From positions 91,111-155,110 of the forward strand of contig CAVQGX010000027.1 of NCBI GenBank assembly GCA_963712115.1: a DNA stretch of 64,000 nt. The letters run 5' to 3'. Made by a program: the position numbers and the translations under genes. Below are positions 60,039 to 64,000 of this stretch, piece after piece (position 1 is the first letter of the stretch; each line of letters opens with the position of its first letter). Source of the DNA: an uncultured delta proteobacterium (GTDB lineage Bacteria; Desulfobacterota; Syntrophobacteria; BM002). The notes under the pieces were generated by a model, which was not told the DNA's origin, made no database searches, and saw only the letters and a program-made list of their open reading frames with translations.

Positions 60039-62309
60039 TCAAGACATTACGTAGTCCGGATCAATAACCTTGATCTCAAAGTCTCCTTCGATAGTGGCCG
60101 TGCCACTCACCTCTCCTGGTAGTCCAGCTTTCCGATAGCCCTTGACGTCATAGGGCGTCCTTTGCATAACTTCATCAGTTAGCAAGGCACCGTGGCGCTG
60201 ACCGGTGCTGAGAAGGACTATACCTCTGACTGGGGCTACTGCCTCGGTGTCATCGCTGCCAAGAATCTCCGGACTCAGACCGACAAGGGGGAACTGTATC
60301 TTCTTAAGCTCTTTGGGTTTTAAATCCGCAAGGGGACCGGTAATTCCCCGCTTGATACTGCGAAAAGCCCCCTTGAAATCCGTCAGTCTGACGTAACCTC
60401 TCTTGCGGATAGCCTTTGCTTTGCCCTTGGAAAGCTTGAAGACATTGGCGACTGCCTCCGTGGGCACTCCCAGTGTATTGTTGGCCACATCAGCTAAATA
60501 TATGGTGGCCAAGGTGGTCGGTCTCGCACGCAGGGTCTCAGAAGGAATCTCCTCGACCAGGTCCAGTACCGGTTCTGAATCCAGAGATTCCATAAGGTCA
60601 TCGGACTCAAAAGAAAACTCCTCCGTTTCCACTCGAGCATCCTTAAAGGCTATACCCTCGTAGCTCGCCGCTGGGGCCCCGGCCTCGCCGCTGAAACTCC
60701 GCTGCAATTTGGAAGTAGCCTGGCTTATGTTCTCAATGGCATTCTGTATTGTCTTGACCTGAGAACTTATTGCAGCCTGGGCATGGGGCGCAACAGTCTC
60801 CACCTGTTGCTGGCCAAGGTTTTGCTCAAGTTTGGCCAATGTTTTAACCAAATTTTCAGATAACTCCTGAGCCTCCGAAAGTGTGGCTTCCACATTATCG
60901 TGGGCAGAGCCAAAATAGTTCTCTAGTTTCGCCAGAGCAGGCTTGCCAGACATGGCTTTAAGAATACGGCCAAAAAAGTCTCCAGTCTCCTGAGTGAGAG
61001 TAGCCACGGCGCTAGCTAGCCGGCCACTCTGGTCTTTTGCTTCCTGGACGAGATTTTGCAGAGATGGTGCAATTTCTCCCGCCGGAACCCCGGGTACGGT
61101 AACAATTTCCTCGGGCTCCACCATGGGCTCCAGAGCCGGTTCCTCCTCTGGAAGTTCCTCCAGCCCCAATTCTTCGCCCAATAATTCTTCCACATCCGGT
61201 TCTTCCTCGAGAAGGGGGGCAAAAGGAAGTTCTTCTTCGGCCACTTCCTCAGTGACAGGTTCTTCCTCAAACAAATCTTCGAATGAGGGCTCATCATCGA
61301 GGTCGGGCGGCAGAATGGGCTCTTCTGCGAGGTCCGCCGCCAAGGTCGGTTCTTCTGGCGCAGCTTCCTCCAAGGTCAACTCTTCAGCAGTTATTGCTTC
61401 CAGAGTTGGCTCTTCTTCAGCTGCTTCTTCCAGAATAGGCTCCTCTTCGAGGTCTGCCATAAAATCCAGTTCGTCCGGAGATACTTCTTCTACGACGGGT
61501 TCCTCTCCCACCAGTTCTTCCATTAGTGGTTCTTCTTCGAAAGGAGCAGCCGCTATCTCCGTCTCTGGTAGGATCTCCTCCAAAATAGGCTCGTCTTCAA
61601 TGATCTCTTCAAAGACCGGTGCTTCTTCGGCCAAGTCTTCAAGCTCGGGCTCCTCCGCGGTGATTTCCTCTAAAATCGGCTCCTCAGTTGGCTCTGCCTC
61701 AACGGTCGGTTCAACTGCTGGGGGTTCCTCCACCGTTAGGGGAGCTTCCCGGGGTTTCATCCGCTGGATTTCTGCCTTCACTCGCCTGAACTGGCCGAGT
61801 AATTTGTCCATTACTTCGCTGCGCTCAGAGTCTGAGGGTGCGGGCTCTCGCACAAAAATATCAAGACCTCGTATGGCTCCGTGCAAAAACTGAATTGAAA
61901 TGGGTGCGGCTGATTCCTTTGCCGCGCGCAGGTATTGGAGAACTCCCAAAGCCATTTTGATAACTGCCATTATGTGACGGTCGTCACTCAGCTTGCCGCT
62001 TACAAGCTGAAGCTCTTTTTCAAAGGCTTTGATGGACTCTGGGGTGATTTCCCAATCTAGGGTAAGAAGGCTCTCTTTCAGGTCAGCCAAAGGATCATCT
62101 GCGAGATCGGTTGGCTCCGCTAGAGCAGGTTCTTCCGCTGGTTCATCCTTCGGCTCTTCTGCTGGTTTTGTGGCGGGCTCTTCAGGTTTGGCAAGAGATG
62201 GCTCTTTTGCTTCACCCTTTTTTACGAAGAGTTCATCGATTGCCTTATCAATATCCGCCTCAAGTTCGCTTGCATCGACTCCAGCCAAGGGGTCGTCGGT
62301 TAAATCCAT
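60039..62309 (-). CDS. Large acidic protein: helical N-domain, Glu/Pro-rich linker, coiled coil, CheW-like C terminus
   Basis: LKESLLTLDWEIT; EEPxLEE quasi-repeats; GALLTDEV...VSGTATIEG..VID resembles CheW. Confidence 0.8.
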   Translation of the reverse strand: MDLTDDPLAGVDASELEADIDKAIDELFVKKGEAKEPSLAKPEEPATKPAEEPKDEPAEEPALAEPTDLADDPLADLKESLLTLDWEITPESIKAFEKELQLVSGKLSDDRHIMAVIKMALGVLQYLRAAKESAAPISIQFLHGAIRGLDIFVREPAPSDSERSEVMDKLLGQFRRVKAEIQRMKPREAPLTVEEPPAVEPTVEAEPTEEPILEEITAEEPELEDLAEEAPVFEEIIEDEPILEEILPETEIAAAPFEEEPLMEELVGEEPVVEEVSPDELDFMADLEEEPILEEAAEEEPTLEAITAEELTLEEAAPEEPTLAADLAEEPILPPDLDDEPSFEDLFEEEPVTEEVAEEELPFAPLLEEEPDVEELLGEELGLEELPEEEPALEPMVEPEEIVTVPGVPAGEIAPSLQNLVQEAKDQSGRLASAVATLTQETGDFFGRILKAMSGKPALAKLENYFGSAHDNVEATLSEAQELSENLVKTLAKLEQNLGQQQVETVAPHAQAAISSQVKTIQNAIENISQATSKLQRSFSGEAGAPAASYEGIAFKDARVETEEFSFESDDLMESLDSEPVLDLVEEIPSETLRARPTTLATIYLADVANNTLGVPTEAVANVFKLSKGKAKAIRKRGYVRLTDFKGAFRSIKRGITGPLADLKPKELKKIQFPLVGLSPEILGSDDTEAVAPVRGIVLLSTGQRHGALLTDEVMQRTPYDVKGYRKAGLPGEVSGTATIEGDFEIKVIDPDYVMS

Positions 62310-62338
62310 GTGCCCCTCCTTCTGGCAAATGAGGGTTT

Positions 62339-62950
62339 TTAACGAGATAAAAGCTTGCGGCTTACATATTTGACCGTGCGCTTGCTGACCTCTCTCAGCG
62401 TTTCAAACACACCATCACCCTTTAATGCACTACCGCTGAACCAAGGTACCTGGAGTTCCGAGTTCAGGTCTTCTTCCATCTCCTCAACGGTGAGGATGGG
62501 AATATTGGAACCGCCAAGGTCCCTCTTATTAAACTGAAGAACGAGAGGGACTTGTTTGATATCTAAGCTGTCCTCGGCAAGATTCTGTCTCAGGTTTTCG
62601 AGACTCTCTATGTTCTTCTCTTTTTGAACTTTTAGAGAATCAGCCACGAAAACAACGCCATCTACGCCCTTGAGCACGAGTTTGCGGGTGGCATTGTACA
62701 TGACTTGTCCAGGAACGGTATAGAGCTGGATCTTAATGCTCAGTCCCTGAATTTTGCCGAGTGCCAAGGGTAGAAAGTCAAAAAACAGAGTGCGGTCACC
62801 CTTGGTATCGATGGTAACCATCTTGCCACGAACAGCCTCGGTCATGGCCTGATGCAAGTAAAGTAGATTGGTGGTCTTACCCCCTCGCCCAGGCCCATAA
62901 TAGACAATCTTGCATTGTACTTCATTTTTGCTCAGATCAATAAAGGACAC
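62339..62950 (-). CDS. mglA: MglA-family small Ras-like GTPase
   Basis: KIVYYGPGRGGKTTNL, RTLFFDF, TVPGQ, NKRD. Confidence 0.95.
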   Translation of the reverse strand: MSFIDLSKNEVQCKIVYYGPGRGGKTTNLLYLHQAMTEAVRGKMVTIDTKGDRTLFFDFLPLALGKIQGLSIKIQLYTVPGQVMYNATRKLVLKGVDGVVFVADSLKVQKEKNIESLENLRQNLAEDSLDIKQVPLVLQFNKRDLGGSNIPILTVEEMEEDLNSELQVPWFSGSALKGDGVFETLREVSKRTVKYVSRKLLSR

Positions 62951-62952
62951 AG

Positions 62953-63348
62953 TTACTGCTCTCCGCCCAGAATAGGTATCAGAGTATCGGTGACTTTCGC
63001 GGTGTTCAATCTGATTAGTCCCAGGGAGACTTCCTTACCAAAAAGAGTAATGAGGATGAAGCCTTTTCCAACCTTGGTGAAATGGATGTTCTCATTCTTG
63101 CCCTTATGGAAGAGAAGGGCGAAGTCGTCTTCTCCAATTAGCTTGGCAATTTCGGCGGTGGCACCAAAATTGGCGGCGGAAAGTGCGGCCAGTGCCACAA
63201 CGTCGAGATTGGCAGGATCGCCCCGATTGACAATAAGGTTGCCTGAGCGGTCAACCAAGAGAACGCAGTCAGCTCCACCCCGGAGAAGATCTTCATCGAG
63301 AACATTGATGATATTATCTATAGCTTCTTTTGATAGGACGAGATCCAT
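62953..63348 (-). CDS. mglB: MglB Roadblock/LC7 protein (GAP of MglA)
   Basis: LVDRSG, LAALSAANFGAT..IA.LIGE..F..LFHKG, SLGLIR; directly upstream of mglA. Confidence 0.92.
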   Translation of the reverse strand: MDLVLSKEAIDNIINVLDEDLLRGGADCVLLVDRSGNLIVNRGDPANLDVVALAALSAANFGATAEIAKLIGEDDFALLFHKGKNENIHFTKVGKGFILITLFGKEVSLGLIRLNTAKVTDTLIPILGGEQ

Positions 63349-63535
63349 ACCCCCCCCGCTTTCGCCAGCATCGTCTCAAATTGAATATGGGATTTGAGGC
63401 GTATGCTTTCAATTTCCCTACTAAAATGGGTCAGAGAATTTATAACAGCATTACTTTAAAAATGCAAATACTTTTTTTCCAGTAATGTCGCATGCCTGCA
63501 GGAATCATGCCGCGTTGAACTGGTCCTCGGAACTA

Positions 63536-63851
63536 TCAATCCAACATGCGGCGGAATCAATCAACTCCTGCTTGATTTCCTCTAAGGTCTGGTGGGGTGA
63601 CGATGGGGCGGAGGCGGGTTGTAGCTTCTTGCGGGCACCAGCAATGGTGTATTTTTCCTGGTGAAGTAGTTTCTTAATGTGAAGGAGCATCTCTACATCT
63701 TCCGCTTGTAGATGCGTTGTTTTGACTGGGCCCGTCGGGGTCGGACCAGGGAAAACTCCCGTTCCCAATAGCGGAGAACATGGGTAGGAACGCCGACAAT
63801 TTGACTAACCTCGCCGATTTTGAAAAAACGCTTATTGGGAATGGTATCCAT
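63536..63851 (-). pseudogene. MerR-family regulator with two apparent 1-nt deletions (possibly sequence errors)
   Basis: [32 protein letters not shown], frame change at ~63701 to [27 protein letters not shown], second change at ~63556. Confidence 0.75.
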
Positions 63852-64000
63852 AATCTAATCGCCAAGGGGGATATATAACGATAAGCAGGTTAAAAACTAA
63901 AGTTACAACCAATACTAAACAGAATGTGCATAGGGCGCACGCTCAAGACGATTAAAATAAAGTAGCCAAAAGTCAGAATCCAGAATTCAGGAGAAAAGCA

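Noticed and set aside
60994-61893. 299-aa Ser-rich ORF on the plus strand (likewise 33880-34269 on the minus strand)
   Set aside because: Antisense shadow of Glu-rich coding sequence
1-64000. tRNA, rRNA, transposase, integrase, prophage or selenoprotein genes
   Set aside because: None recognised; no in-frame TGA seen at a redox Cys position in the proteins examined

Overview
A 64-kb chromosomal window from a deltaproteobacterial-type genome (probably Desulfobacterota; inferred from gene content and order, not from a marker gene). Housekeeping genes include valS, nadC, proC, yggT-divIVA-panC-yggU, a polar amino-acid ABC transporter, an mreB paralog, mutL-miaA, lptG, mgtE, two Hsp20 genes and a Grx-TrxR fusion. 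No rRNA, tRNA, CRISPR or transposase was recognised. Main observations: (1) a five-gene operon (lysine 2,3-aminomutase, two Ddl-like ATP-grasp ligases, a GNAT-deacetylase fusion, a GNAT). It has a sigma54 promoter whose three-palindrome enhancer spacing recurs almost exactly 8 kb downstream, right after a sigma54 activator with a degenerate receiver domain. (2) A possible cell-polarity kit: mglB-mglA followed by an acidic CheW-like protein and a TPR-pseudokinase, plus a PopZ/RomR-like acidic tandem-repeat protein directly upstream of valS. (3) An isolated GC-rich gene with integron-cassette ends. (4) Many intergenic periodic or palindromic repeats, including a ~270-bp inverted repeat around the GAF-mreB pair and a MITE-like element. 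Three small ORFs missing from the ORF track are added. Frameshifts in proC and merR look like sequence errors. All family assignments come from motif recognition by eye; no database search was run.
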